Under the pieces are notes generated by a model. That model ran no database searches. It was not told where the DNA came from and saw only the letters and a list, made by a program, of their open reading frames with translations. Of a stretch of DNA of 64,000 bases, positions 1 to 11,891 are shown piece by piece. Where the stretch lies: NCBI GenBank assembly GCA_024704765.1, contig JAKMXF010000004.1:1-64000 (forward strand), written 5' to 3'. Position 1 is the stretch's first letter. Every line of letters starts with the position of its first letter. The translations under genes were made by a program, and so were the position numbers. Source of the DNA: Oopsacas minuta (taxonomy: Eukaryota > Animalia > Porifera).

Positions 1-336
1 CCCCCTAAAAGATCAGCTCTTTTCAACTTCATGGAAGTTTCTCCCATATATGGCACGGAATTGGGTACCAATACTATTGATAAAATCGAAGAGTATTTGG
101 ACAGTCCCTGTTTGTCAGAGTTTACTGAACCTCTTATCTTCTGGAAAAATAATCTGTACAAGTACGAAGGACTCAGTAAACTTGCATGTAAATATCTTCA
201 AATACCTGCCTCAAGTGCTCCCGTGGAGCGTATCCTTTCAATAGCTGGGAGGATTTTTCGTCCGGACAGATGTCGTTTATCTGACGACTTATTCGAAAAG
301 TTAATGTTTATAAGATGTAACTCTAATTCTTCATGA
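1..336 (+). pseudogene. C-terminal hAT dimerisation domain of a ZBED-like transposase, cut by the window start
   Basis: PLIFWK..YEGLSKLACKYLQIPASSAPVERILSIAGRIFRPDRCRLSDDLFEKLMFIRCN matches the hATC pattern (W..LA..YL.IP.SSA..ER.FS.AG). Confidence 0.85.
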
Positions 337-645
337 ATCATTCGTGAATTATGCAATATTATCTTATTTATTCAAATTATACTAGTTTGATATATACGTA
401 TATTTTTATCTCAGAATAAGCGCCTCGCCTTTTTGTGCACATGAAACTCCGAGGCTTATTTGGGAAAGACTAATTGGATCGTAAAGGAAAGCGAATTTGC
501 AATCACGTAATCATAATCACGTAATCATAATCATGTAATCATAATCACGTAATCATAATCATGTAATCATAATCGATTGTAATCAATTGCAATTCCTCCT
601 GTAATCATAATCATAATCACTCACCAGTAATCAACCCCAGGTCTG
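1..645 (+). mobile_element. Right end of a hAT transposon, with TIR and subterminal repeat array
   Basis: GTAATCATAATCA(C/T) repeats at about 502-632 follow the hATC ORF. The element ends ...AATCAACCCCAGGTCTG at 645 (reverse complement CAGACCTGGGGTTGATTAC, a hAT-type CAG terminus). Confidence 0.75.
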
Positions 646-1639
646 TTGCTAACAAAATGTCGGAATTGGTTTTGCAATGGAACATTCGATTCAGCACCCA
701 TAGGTTGCCAACTCTATACTATTCATGCATTGATAAGAACACCAAAATAATGATAATGACTTTGTTTTGATTATGAAACAATACCGTGCTTTGGCATTTA
801 TTACACAAGTATCATACTTTGGTACCAAGAACTAATCGATTCCTTAAGTGACGAACTAGTTGACGATCTTGGTGATGTCCTACAATACTTGGGTCATTCA
901 ATTAGTCGTAAACCTGGATGATATTTTGAGTATAATAACTTATACTATACCAAAAATACATGATATGTGTATAGTTTACAACGTTCTACAAAATATGTAA
1001 TCATAACCACTCAATCCATATACAAAAATGTCAATTTTTGCTCTTTTATCAACGGCATTTGAGGTGACGAATAATGGGCCCTAAAATCGGCATCTGGTAA
1101 TCTAAAATTTGGACAACTGGGTGATTTCGCATTTAACCAACATAAAAATGTCTTGCTTTGTAAGGTTTGACCCTAGTAATAGTTCAACTCAACAATGTTC
1201 ACTTAATTCGAGCCAATAAATTATATTTTCTGGCTTCTTTGCAAGATCTATTAAATTATATCCTTGAATGGTATAAAGTATAGCTTTTCGTTGATAACGC
1301 TAGTCAACACATACTTTGATGAATTGGAAGTTAGATCTATTTTTGGGTATATTTTGTGCGAAAAATACCTCCAGTTTTGATCAATCAGCTCTAGTTTTTG
1401 AAATAGATGCTATTGACTTCAACTAATTAAAATTCAAATGACAAATATACGAGTATTGATGTTACGAATTTTTACCACAAGCATAAACGTTATCATAAGA
1501 GCAATAATGTATAATGAGCATTCCATAAACAGTAGAGATATTCAGTCAACGTATAAAAGCCTCTTTTACGAGATGCCCATTTGTGAGATTTGCCTGGACA
1601 ATCTCGCTGAAGACTCCAGCAATAATCTCCCATCATGTG

Positions 1640-2370
1640 AATATCCTTTCTTACTTCTCTTCCATTGCCATGATGTCTTGACGAAACCTTGCTTCTTGTT
1701 CTTCACATAGGTCACCAAAGTTTTCGGGGAAATGATCTAAATGGTTATGGAGGTAATTAACCTTAATGCTAATCTTATCGTATAGATTACTGAATTTTGA
1801 GGGCATGTTGCCTACTAATTCAGCGTAATTTTCTGCTCTATACTTGCCCAAAAATTTTGTGTACCGAAAACTAATGCGGATCAAGCTCCAGATTTAGTGT
1901 CATTCATGAAATGAATAAAAATTAGTCTTTTATGATCTTTCTGATCTTGGGGCCATCAAATATTCCAGCATTGACATTTTCGTGCTCAATTCAGGAGATT
2001 AACTGTATAGAAATTGTTGCAGGAAACATCCTTATCCAAAGCTTGATGAATTGTTTCATGAACCCAATTTGAAATGCAGTAGTAGAGAATGATTTTTCCC
2101 TGTTTTACTCAGGGGTATATTAAGGACAGGCAATGCATATATAAAAATTCTTTCAGAAATCAAACTTTTGGGAATGAGTAGTTTTTGTTTGCCTCTGGGT
2201 GCTGTCTTCCAATATCATGACTACATATACCGTCTGATTTTACTATTACTTTATTGGACATTTTATATTTAGCAACAGCAAAAATATGTGTTACTGATGT
2301 GGATACAAACCAATATACAAAATGCCAAATCAACATATAATTAACCACATGTATCGGATTAGATTCCAAA
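1640..2370 (-). pseudogene. Decayed DDE transposase fragments, probably Chapaev/CMC-like
   Basis: Minus-strand pieces IGFMKQFIK, NAGIFDGPKIRKIIKD and FLGKYRAENYAELV..IKVNYLHNHLDHFPENFGDLCEEQEARFRQDIMAMEEK match a widespread animal family (LGLMKQFVK, GIFDGPQIR, HFLHSHLDFFPENLG..S.EHGERFHQDI). A possible terminus lies at 646-705 (AACAAAA...GATTCAGCACCC). The superfamily name is from memory. Confidence 0.65.
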
Positions 2371-3786
2371 TTTTTTGGTCAGACAAAATTCATATTCACT
2401 AAATATGGTTGGATTTTATCACTAATGATGCTTCACGCTAAATACACCTGTTCCACAATTCGGCTCACACACCAATTTTCACAATACGTACTACTTTTCA
2501 ATTTTTGCAATTTGATTTTTATATTCGTTCATAAACTCTACTAGATGCTGAACTCAATCCTTTTCTTACCTTTTTGAAATCGGTGGCTTATAAGTGTGAT
2601 TGAGCATGGTTTTACTCTATACTTTATGATAAATTCCTCACAACTTCAAAACATTTATGACAAACTAAGCGATTCAAATTATGTCAAGTCAACTCCGTTA
2701 AATAACATTATCTAGTTGATCGGGTAACCGCGGAGAGGTGAGAGTATGTCTATCTGTATCATTTTCCAAACATCTTTTTTGAAGTAATTACAGATTGGAT
2801 AGTCTCTTGACTCGAACTGATAGGAATGAATAATTCGAGATATATTTTAACCCATTACAAGCCGAAAATCTCCCTTCTTGCGCTGCTTCTGGTTACCCCT
2901 GCGAAACGATTTTCTAGGTGTCTTCGGCCCCTTTACAAATTTATCCTTGAATGGTAGAAGTAAGCTGCGGGCGTTTGCTCCATGCGGATTGCAAACATTT
3001 CGTGCCCGTTGATCTTCTGATATTATTGTAATCTTATTTATGTTCTGTTCACACCTTTAGATATTAAGACACCATATTTGGCATGTATACTCGTAGTGAG
3101 ATCTAGATATCATCTGGTAATCAGTAAGTTATGCAAGGGATAACGTTAAGCGTGGTTAGTAGTAATAGTGACCGAAATAGTTTTCCGCTGAATATTATGG
3201 CCAGATATTCTACCAACCGAATGATTAAAAAAAGATTCGAAACAGCTAAACTGTTAATATTTAGGAAATAATGTAGCCTCAAACAACGTTCGGAACAACT
3301 ATTTGATTTCTGTTGAATAACGATAGTCGGAAATATTCAGTTTGTCGATCACTAGTGGGTAGATTTAAAAGTTAATGACCCGATCTTCCAAGAACACGTA
3401 TCACAGTAAAAAGATGCTTTAGACACGGTATTAATGTCCACGTTAGCACAATAACAATGAGCCCATTCAGAGTTGTTGTCACATCATATCCAATCGGATT
3501 TATTCTTTCCAAGTTTCCGTTTTGTCACAGGTTCTGGTGCTTTCTTGTGAGTCAGATACCCTGTGCAGTATCAGGGTATCCGATTTGTCAGAGCTGCTGG
3601 TTAAACTAGAAGACCGTGTAGAAACAGGAGAAATGCCACGCTCCCTCGCACTTCTCTTCACTCCAGTACCTCCTGTACCTGTTAGACCGATCCGTCCTCG
3701 AGCTCTGACACACTTCCTAGTTTCAGAATTGCACTATAAGTCCGCCAAGAGGGGGACGGGAAAAGTTCAGTCAGCATTCCGAATAG

Positions 3787-4170
3787 TTAAAGTTCTCCTT
3801 CGTTGAAGGTTAGGGCAGCGAGAGCAGTGCTAACCCTAAATGGATTCAGGTGATAAGTACTTGCTTTTAGGGCAAAGACTCCATATAGTGGTGTGTAAGG
3901 ATTCATTAGCATTTTGACTCAGTCCCAATGTCAGATGGCCACAGAATTCTTCTGCCGCATAAGTATTGAATACTTCTTTCACCTTTTCTATGTCAATTGG
4001 TTTGAAAGTTGTCAGAGCAGTATGTTCTGAAGAACCTGATGGGTTTCTCCACCCACACCATGATTTCTCTTCAGTAAGACAACCAGAATGATCCCCTACC
4101 TCATTATCAACTAGTATATGTAGAACAGAACACAGCTTGATTGATGTTAAACCACGGTGTTAATAGATGA
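3787..4170 (-). pseudogene. Kolobok/Mutator-like transposase C-terminal remnant
   Basis: Minus frame reads LHILVDNEVGDHSGCLTEEKSWC...LGLSQNANESLHTTIWSLCPK...(frameshift)RVSTALAALTFNEG. The H..C...SWC and QNANES..IW..CPK motifs are typical. Not in the ORF track. Confidence 0.65.
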
Positions 4171-4254
4171 CACTAGAGGAATTTGCAGCGATATAATCAG
4201 CCTTCCATCCAGGTAGTGCGTGTTGTACCGAAGTGTTATTTTTCGCACTGCTCT

Positions 4255-4652
4255 TNGAGCGCGGGGCATGCGATTATTACACGATATGCATGTCCACATA
4301 AAATTAAGTTCGTAAAGTTAGAGTTGGATAGAATGAGAGTTGTGTGTTAGATCACCCGCCCTACTCACCTGACCTCGTTCCTTGTGATTTCTGGCTCTTT
4401 TCATAGTTGAAAAAGGATCTTACAGGCAGGCATTTTGATACCAGAATCGACCTAGGGAACGCAATTTGGAGATCCCTAAAAGACATCCCGCCAGGGGACT
4501 ATATGTATGTATATTCTATATGGCTTTATCTTCTATAACGAATAATTGACGTTAATGGTGATTATTCCGAGAATATATAACAATTTTACATGCATATTCT
4601 GTATAGTTACAAGAATATGGAGTAGGGTTGGAGATATTCTGAACGCCCGTTG
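4255..4652 (+). mobile_element. 3' fragment of a DD34D mariner, second copy of 28971-29367
   Basis: Direct match to 28971-29367. Contains HPPYSPDLVPCDFW and ends with TIR ...GAACGCCCGTTG followed by TA. Confidence 0.9.
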
Positions 4653-5743
4653 TAGTATATATATATTTGGAGTGTATTATACATAATGAATCATATACAG
4701 TATATCTTTCCCTCAACCTAACTACCCAAAGAAAGTAGGGATGCACAAATCTGATATAGATCAGCTAACATTCGGGCATCTTAGTAGGAGCGTTTATGTT
4801 AATCAAGTCGCAAACGTTCCATTAATACAACATTAACCCAAATTCCTGAGTTGTTTATTTAATGAAATAATGAACTTCTATGATGCATTCCAAGTCTACA
4901 TGGAAGTGAAAATTCTAATTAACGTAATAGGTAATTTATTCATTACATTTTTCCCGCTTTATCAATACTTTAACCGTCACTGATATAAATACTTAACTTT
5001 ATAACTATTTACAAATGAAAACTAATCTACAAAATTCGTTCAGAGGGGAAGGTGTGGTCGCAGACTTGGTGGGCGTGGTGGCCATGGCCATCCTTTTTTG
5101 ATCCAATTACTACAAACTTATGAATGCATCGTAATGGTAAGTACATTGTACTTACAATCTATATTATTCAAGCGTTCAACCTTTATTTCAATTTAGTGTG
5201 AAAATGAGAGCCGAAGGAGGAATGAGAGGAGGCGGCAACAGCCCCTTCGCCGCCGCCAACCTATGTGATGTGTCTGTGTCTGTATCCGTATTCCGTATTT
5301 GTTTAGTCTGTGTTATAAATATCGTGTAGAAATAAATATATCTTACTTAGTATCAATTAAACAACTTAATTTGCAGAAAATGTGGGTATTAAGGAATTAA
5401 TATAACACTTAACTCTTGAGGTTGTAGCATAAAGTTATAGAGGTTCTTTGGAGCACGCTCCCAATACATCTCTAGTCAAATTTTCATGATGTCAATAATT
5501 CAGTAATTTAATGATATAGTATAGGGGGAAAACTAAATTTCATCCTCCTGATTTTGCATATTCAAGTTTCTCATATGTAAATTTATTGTTGTTTTATGAA
5601 TACAAAAGTAACAAATTAGCAAAATCTCAAATTTTACGTAGATACTTGCACTCAACGGCTACAAACGCGGTTGATCTTACAAAATAATTCAATAATATAA
5701 ATGCCATATACGTATATTTGTGAATTGCATTGTTCTATATATA

Positions 5744-6658
5744 CATTCAGGGGACAAAAGTATTCGAACACACAAATATATTGTCATTAATTGTATACTC
5801 ATTCCCGCTCCTATATATTGTGTAGTCTATATTCGTAGCTGCAATCTAGTAATTTGTATAGAATAGCATATGTTTTTCAAGAATTTCAAAAAAATACTTT
5901 CGATTTACACTTTTTGAAGGTGTTAATTATTAATAATTATTAGATAATTGTTGATATTCAAAATATGTGGTAATTCAAAGCCTATTAAGAATCTATAATT
6001 TCTGACTTGATATTTGAATTCTACGTAGACGAGTCACCCTAGATTGAAATTTCCAATCGGATTGATCAATTTTTACCAGATTTATGGATGAATTTCAATT
6101 TGTGTCATTTGTGCCACCTTTGCCTAAGGTGGCACAAGTGGCCACTACCAAGAGGTTATTTTGGAATTCAAGGGTTAGCATAGTCATATCATTCGAAAAT
6201 ATTACCTCGACTTATTCCACCTAACCCTAGTTGATTTTCTTGTAGTGGCGCTTTTCCTGCCACCTGTGCCACTTTTTGAAAATAGTGGCACAAGTGGGAC
6301 AAATTGAAATTCTTCTATAGCTTTGGTAAAAATTGTTCAATCCGATTGGAAATTTCAATCTGGGGTAACTCGTCTACGTAGAACTCAAATATCAAGTCAG
6401 AAATTATAGATTCTTAATAGGCTTTGAATTACCACATATTTTGATTATCAATAATTATCTAATAATTATTAAGAACTAACACCTTCAAAAAGTGTAAATC
6501 GAAAGTATTTTTTTGAAATTCATGAAAAACATATGTTATTCTATGCAAATTACTAGATTGCAGCTACGAATATAGACTACACAATATATAGGAGCGGGAA
6601 AGAGTATACAATTTATGATAATATATTTGTGTGTTGGAATACTTTTGTCCCCTGACTG
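5744..6658. mobile_element. Non-autonomous Tc1/mariner-type foldback element (long-TIR MITE), copy 1 of 3
   Basis: TA|CATTCAGGGGACAAAAGTATT ... AATACTTTTGTCCCCTGACTG|TA, with about 360-bp inverted arms and no ORF. Homologous to 53634-54546 and 61819-62729. Confidence 0.92.
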
Positions 6659-7250
6659 TATATCTATAATACAACACTCAAGGGGGCTATCAATTTGGAG
6701 AATAATGAATAACTCGAGGCGCAATGCGCCGAGTTCATCCCGAAGCCACGAGCTAAAGGCTCGTATATATAATATATCGATACAATTAGACTTGTTTCAA
6801 TGTCATTGACGTCCCTCAGCCAGACAATGATTGTTTATGAAGTAACTATTATGTGCAGACTATATTACAGGTATCCCTTGCCGTTTGAGGGGGTTACCTT
6901 CCTGTAAATTGCACTGAACAACAAATTCGCGAATGCGAGACTGAAACTTAATGACAAGAGTTGTCTTAAGTTCCCAGATTTCAGGATAACACACGCACAG
7001 TGCTACTAAACACAATCAAAATCAATAATAGATAATAATTATTAGTTAAAAATATAGGCTTTATTCACAAATTGTTTTGAAAATCAAGAGTTGTAGTATT
7101 GGCACTTTGGCAATGAATGAACAATCTTGTTTCTCGAGAAATATCTTTTAGTCTTAACACACATATAAACTACAATATTTGAAGTTGTGAGTTAATGATA
7201 CGTGGATGTCGGTTATGCGAACATCGTCGGTATTGGACTTGATGTTCATA

Positions 7251-8432
7251 CAGGGTGTCAATTAAGTTCTGGTGCATAAAGTACATCACTGGTATAGCAA
7301 CAGGTAGTATCAAACCATATTTTAAACAGTTGCTAAATGTTTGCGTAGGTTATGTTGTTGAAATATTCATTTAGTATCCAAATTCTCATGCAAGCTTCAG
7401 AATCCCGGCCCATGGCGGCAATTCGATCAAGAATTATTGAATTATTTATGGCTGGTAAGTCTTGGAAAGAAATTTTACACGGCCTGAAGGATGAATTAGT
7501 CAATCGGCAACTGGTTTATCGTAGCATCAAGCGATATAAGGATACTGGTTCTGTACTAGACCGCTCAAGAAGTGGACGTCAGACATCAGTTTCCACCCCG
7601 CAGCTCAAGAAAAGATAGCGAGTCGGATTATTCGAAATCGGCGACGGTCTATCAGAAAAATGGCTCGTGATTTTCAATTAGTCACGAATCCGTTAGAAAA
7701 GTGGTACGTAATGACTTATGACTAAAGTCTTTGAAACGGCAAACTGTACACCATCTAACTCTAGCCCTAAGGCAGAAAAGATTTCAAAGATCGAAAAAAC
7801 TTCTAGCCCGGTTCACAGTGGGTGCTGAGAATAACATACTATTTTCAGACGAGAAAATTTTTACAGTTGAGGAGACAAATAACTCCCAAAATGATCGTAT
7901 CCTCACTCCATCATCTAAAAGCATCAATAATGAAGAAAAGTTAGTTGATCGGGTACCAAAACCCAAATATTTGATAGTATGGGCCGGTGTGTCCGCTAGC
8001 TGTCGGACACATCTAACTTTTGTCCCCCAGGGGGTAAAGATTGACTCAAAAATATACAGAGAGCTAGTCTTGAAGTCAAAAGTGAAACATGCCGGATTAA
8101 ACTTAGTCTCTTAACCTACTTGACTATTCTATATGGGGGATACTATAATCAAGGGCCTGTGCAAAGCCTCATAAGAGTTTAAAATCTCTACACAACGCCT
8201 TCATTCAGGAATGACAAAAAATGTCTCAAGAGGAGCTGCGATATTCTATACACCAGTTTAAGGGACGACTTAGGGCCATAGTTAATAAGAAAGGTGGCTA
8301 TATCGAATAATCAATGCTGTTAATTTATCATGACTAATGTGTGGGTAGATTCCGAAATTATTAGATTAATCGCTCAACTACTTTGGAAGTTATGCCAATT
8401 TTACTATGTACCAGAACTTAATTGACACCCTG
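7251..8432 (+). mobile_element. maT-type (DD37D-like) element, internally deleted and frameshifted
   Basis: TIR CAGGGTGTCAATTAAGTTCTGGT at both ends with TA TSD. Fragments include an HTH with RSGR, ILFSDEKIFTVEE, VWAGVS, LNLLDYSIWG and KKGGYIE*. The QQDGAPAH-to-SPD segment is deleted. Confidence 0.9.
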
Positions 8433-9304
8433 TATAACCTGTATGTATTATATAATGGATGCAGGTTGTGAGAACACTTCATTTTAACACATTTGGATGC
8501 AGGAACCATGTAATAGAAAACGGTTCTCATATGTATATCGTATATTTTTGCTGATTCTGCAAACATATCGGTAATAAGAGAACAAATTTTACTACTATTC
8601 TAAGAGTGTTCTTATAACTGGTATAAATATATTGTAGTATATTGCAAACGTCTTCAGTATACTGTTCCTTTATCCAGCATCTTATAGTAGCCATAGAATG
8701 TTCATACATCCGGTATATATTCTATAGAGTAGAATACAAACGATTCCGTAAGTCAAGTCAAGGTTCTTCTAACCGGTGTTCTATATCCTGCATCTACTGT
8801 GTTTGTAATACTAATGGAGAAAATACAAACTTAATAATATGATTGTAATAGAAAATATCGAAATATTTAGAAATATTCTATCAAATTGTGATGTGGTGTA
8901 AGGAGAACTGCGAATAGTCGAGGGGATGAGTCGGGATAATAAATGAGATTGCATTTCAAACAAAATACCTATATATTTTTCATTCAAATTGAGATTCAAG
9001 TTAGAACCTAATTTGGGTTAAATTTAACAAATTTGGGGGGACTAAAGCTACCAAAGTCCTCCTTGCCCTCGCCCCTGATATCCAGACTTGAATATGACAG
9101 TTAACCTATACGGTCCATAAAACAGACAATTTCATTGAAATTTTCCTGATATTTCCCAAATTATTTATCCTGGACAAATACAAGATGTTTCTAAACTTCA
9201 CCAAAACCCTGGACTGTCCAGGAAAAACTGAGATCTTGTAACCCTAGATTAACCCCGTTATAATAGCATAGATTTGTTACTAGAATCCCTTGAAGTTCTA
9301 TGTG

Positions 9305-10633
9305 ATGGCGCGCATAAGCTCAAATAGGGAAAGTGATTTTTCAAATTCTCTTTTTTCAAGCATTTCTAACTCTAGTATGTATTCTCAGTCACCCTATTTT
9401 ACTCCCCCAGTAACACCTAGTCTGCCTCTTAGTAACCTTCATTATTTGAAATCGTCAAATTATTCTCCCAAAACTGGTGAACGTTGTGTTTCTACCGTGA
9501 ATCTTGAAGATTTTGTTTCTGATCCTCACAATTTATTCCTCTCTACTCTCTCAATTTTCCCATCTATTAGTATTGGGAGTTTTTCTTTTGGAAACCCTCC
9601 CTCATCTATTACTCTGCTATCCAATCAGAATGAAATTGTTTTTCAAACTCAGGATGATGGTCTGTTTAATATCGATTTGGATAATGATAATACATTTCAG
9701 CACGTACAGCTTACAACTGTTAGTAAAAATTCTGATAATAACGTTCTATTACAACTAACTAATGTATTCGTTTTTGAATTAATGACCACTTCAAACCAAA
9801 TAGTTATTTTGGATAGCAAACTGAAATTGCAGAGTGCAATTGCAGTTCTAATACTACATAATAATTCCACCGCTGCTCTATGGCACAATGAAAAAGGAAT
9901 TATTTATGATCTAGTTTCAGCAGTTTCTCTACTTTCATCTCTCTCTAAAAGAGTCAGCAAATGCTCAAATACACTCACTATTCTGCAATTGTCATTGTGT
10001 GAAGTTATTCCTGTTCCTCTTGATCCTTCTCTGAATATAATATTTTGTGAGAGTAACTTATTTAGTGCTTGTGAAATCTTTTTAAAGAATGAACTTGCAT
10101 ATGCCCCTGTTATCGATCAGGAAACCCAATCATTATGTCAAATATTATCTCTCAGAAACCTTTTGTCTGTAATTTACATAGAGCTTGTTTCGCTTCAAAA
10201 AGAGTCTATCCTTTTGCGAACCTCAGTGAAGCAGTTAGGGGTTATATCTACTATTCATGGATTTTCTTACTCAAATACACTCTTGGAGATATTTCAATTT
10301 TTGTCAACTAATGATTCTATTGTTCCCATAATAACCAATCAGGGTTTGCTTGTTAATACATTTAGTGCCAGAGATGGAATAGAAATTCTTAATGAATATC
10401 CCAAAATAAATATTTCCCGTTTATCAATCCAAGAGGCTCTGAAAATGAAATTTCTTGGAAGAAATGATTTTACAACTTGTTCCGAAGATGACTCAATCTT
10501 TAAAATTATTTCGTACTTTATCAAAGCAAAACCAATTTCTATCTTCGTCGTTGACGATTTTGGTTGTCTTAGAGGTGTAATTCGTTTGTTAAATCTCATA
10601 AAATTGTTGTTAGTATTATTTAATCAGTATTAA
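9305..10633 (+). CDS. Intronless, divergent AMPK-gamma (SNF4/PRKAG)-like protein with four CBS repeats and a Ser/Pro-rich N-terminus, 442 aa from the first ATG
   Basis: Uninterrupted [28 protein letters not shown] resembles [47 protein letters not shown] resembles [30 protein letters not shown] resembles [32 protein letters not shown] resembles HETLETIINRLVEAEVHRLVVVDE. The track start at 9290 is TTG. Confidence 0.8.
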   Translation: [442 protein letters not shown]

Positions 10634-10792
10634 TATCAATAATTCATTTAGAAATAGATGTATTATACTGACTAGTGGACTACTTAGTATAGCCCAGAAA
10701 CTACAGTAAATTTCTGCACCAGAGATATTTACAAAGTGCGTCGTTGTACATTCGAATTATCAATAACTCAGGATTTTGGGTAATATTATAGC

Positions 10793-11891
10793 CAGTGGCG
10801 TAACTAAGGTTTGGGGTGCCCCAGTTCAAAATTATGGGCGAAGTCCCAACAGGTCAATCTATAATTCAATTTTTTGAGTTTCGGAACTTTTATATATTTT
10901 TCCAAATTCATAACCCACCTTCTCACTTGTAAGAATGGTTTCAGACACATGGATCCCTACACTTGTCACAAAGCCAATAAGCCTATAATGGTAAACATAT
11001 ACGAATATTATTCTAGTACTTAGATGGAAACAAAACATAATATAGCCCCGTTTTGCTAAGATATCTATTCTTGTTCAGTGGCGAATCCATGATATCGTGG
11101 GAGGGGGGTGATCTAGAGCGAGTGAAACAAGCGACGGTAAGGGAATGTCTGGGGTCAAGTCCCCCAGAAATTTTTTGAATCTTAGACTCTCAAACATCGA
11201 TGTAAAGCTATTCTTGACACATTGTAGGAGTAGTGTAATATTGAGCAGTTGTACCAAAGTTATTTAGATGTTTATGTTTAGATAACATGATAATTTTATT
11301 ACATAATTATATTTATACTATTTAGTGAATACAAATTTAGTCTGCTAATAGATTAGTCATTTGGAGTTTTTGAGATTTCGTCTGGATAACTCGTTGAAAA
11401 AATAATTGTGAAAATTTGATAGCATTCTGTAAATCAGATTCCAAAAGCTTCGCGCTTATTAAGGAAGATCGAATTATAAATAACAACATATCCCTTTTGG
11501 AAACCAGCTATGAGGGGGTGTTTAAACACCTAATACACCCCTTCAATACGCCACTGCTTGTTTGCATTTTCCGCTCTCTTTGAAGTATATGAAACATATT
11601 TTCTTTCATTCTTTCTTATAGTCTGAAGAGAAATACGAAAATTATTGTTACAGGCCCGGCAAAAGTAAATTAAAGTACTCAGGTGACATCACACATAGAA
11701 TCGTACAGTCCAAGGCGAAAAGTCGATAAGAAGAAACTGGTTCTGCCGGCCTTGGGAAACTTATTTTAATTAATTAAATCTGATTGAAATTTATCAGAAA
11801 TTCTGCGTATACCAAATTAGAATTAAGTTTGGGGGGGCCCCTCTGGACATCGGGGTCCTAGTTCAATGAACCGCCTATTATTACATAACTG
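10793..11891. mobile_element. hAT-derived MITE (outer element of a nest)
   Basis: Starts CAGTGGCGTAA and ends TTACATAACTG (a decayed TTACGCCACTG). The flanks ATTATAGC and ATCATAGC give a 7/8 TSD match. Confidence 0.65.
11076..11556. mobile_element. hAT-like MITE nested in 10793-11891
   Basis: CAGTGGCG...CGCCACTG termini, flanked by the direct repeat CTTGTT. Confidence 0.7.

Noticed and set aside
502-632. GTAATCATAATCA repeats as a CRISPR or satellite array
   Set aside because: Short head-to-tail units without unique spacers, lying between a hAT ORF and its TIR. These are subterminal repeats.
3522-3806. 94-aa plus-strand ORF
   Set aside because: GC-richer antisense shadow of the 3' part of the Kolobok/Mutator-like remnant, with no recognisable motif.
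11651-11754. Third nested mini-MITE (CAGGCCCGGCA..TGCCGGCCTTG)
   Set aside because: Only a 9/11 terminal match and no TSD.
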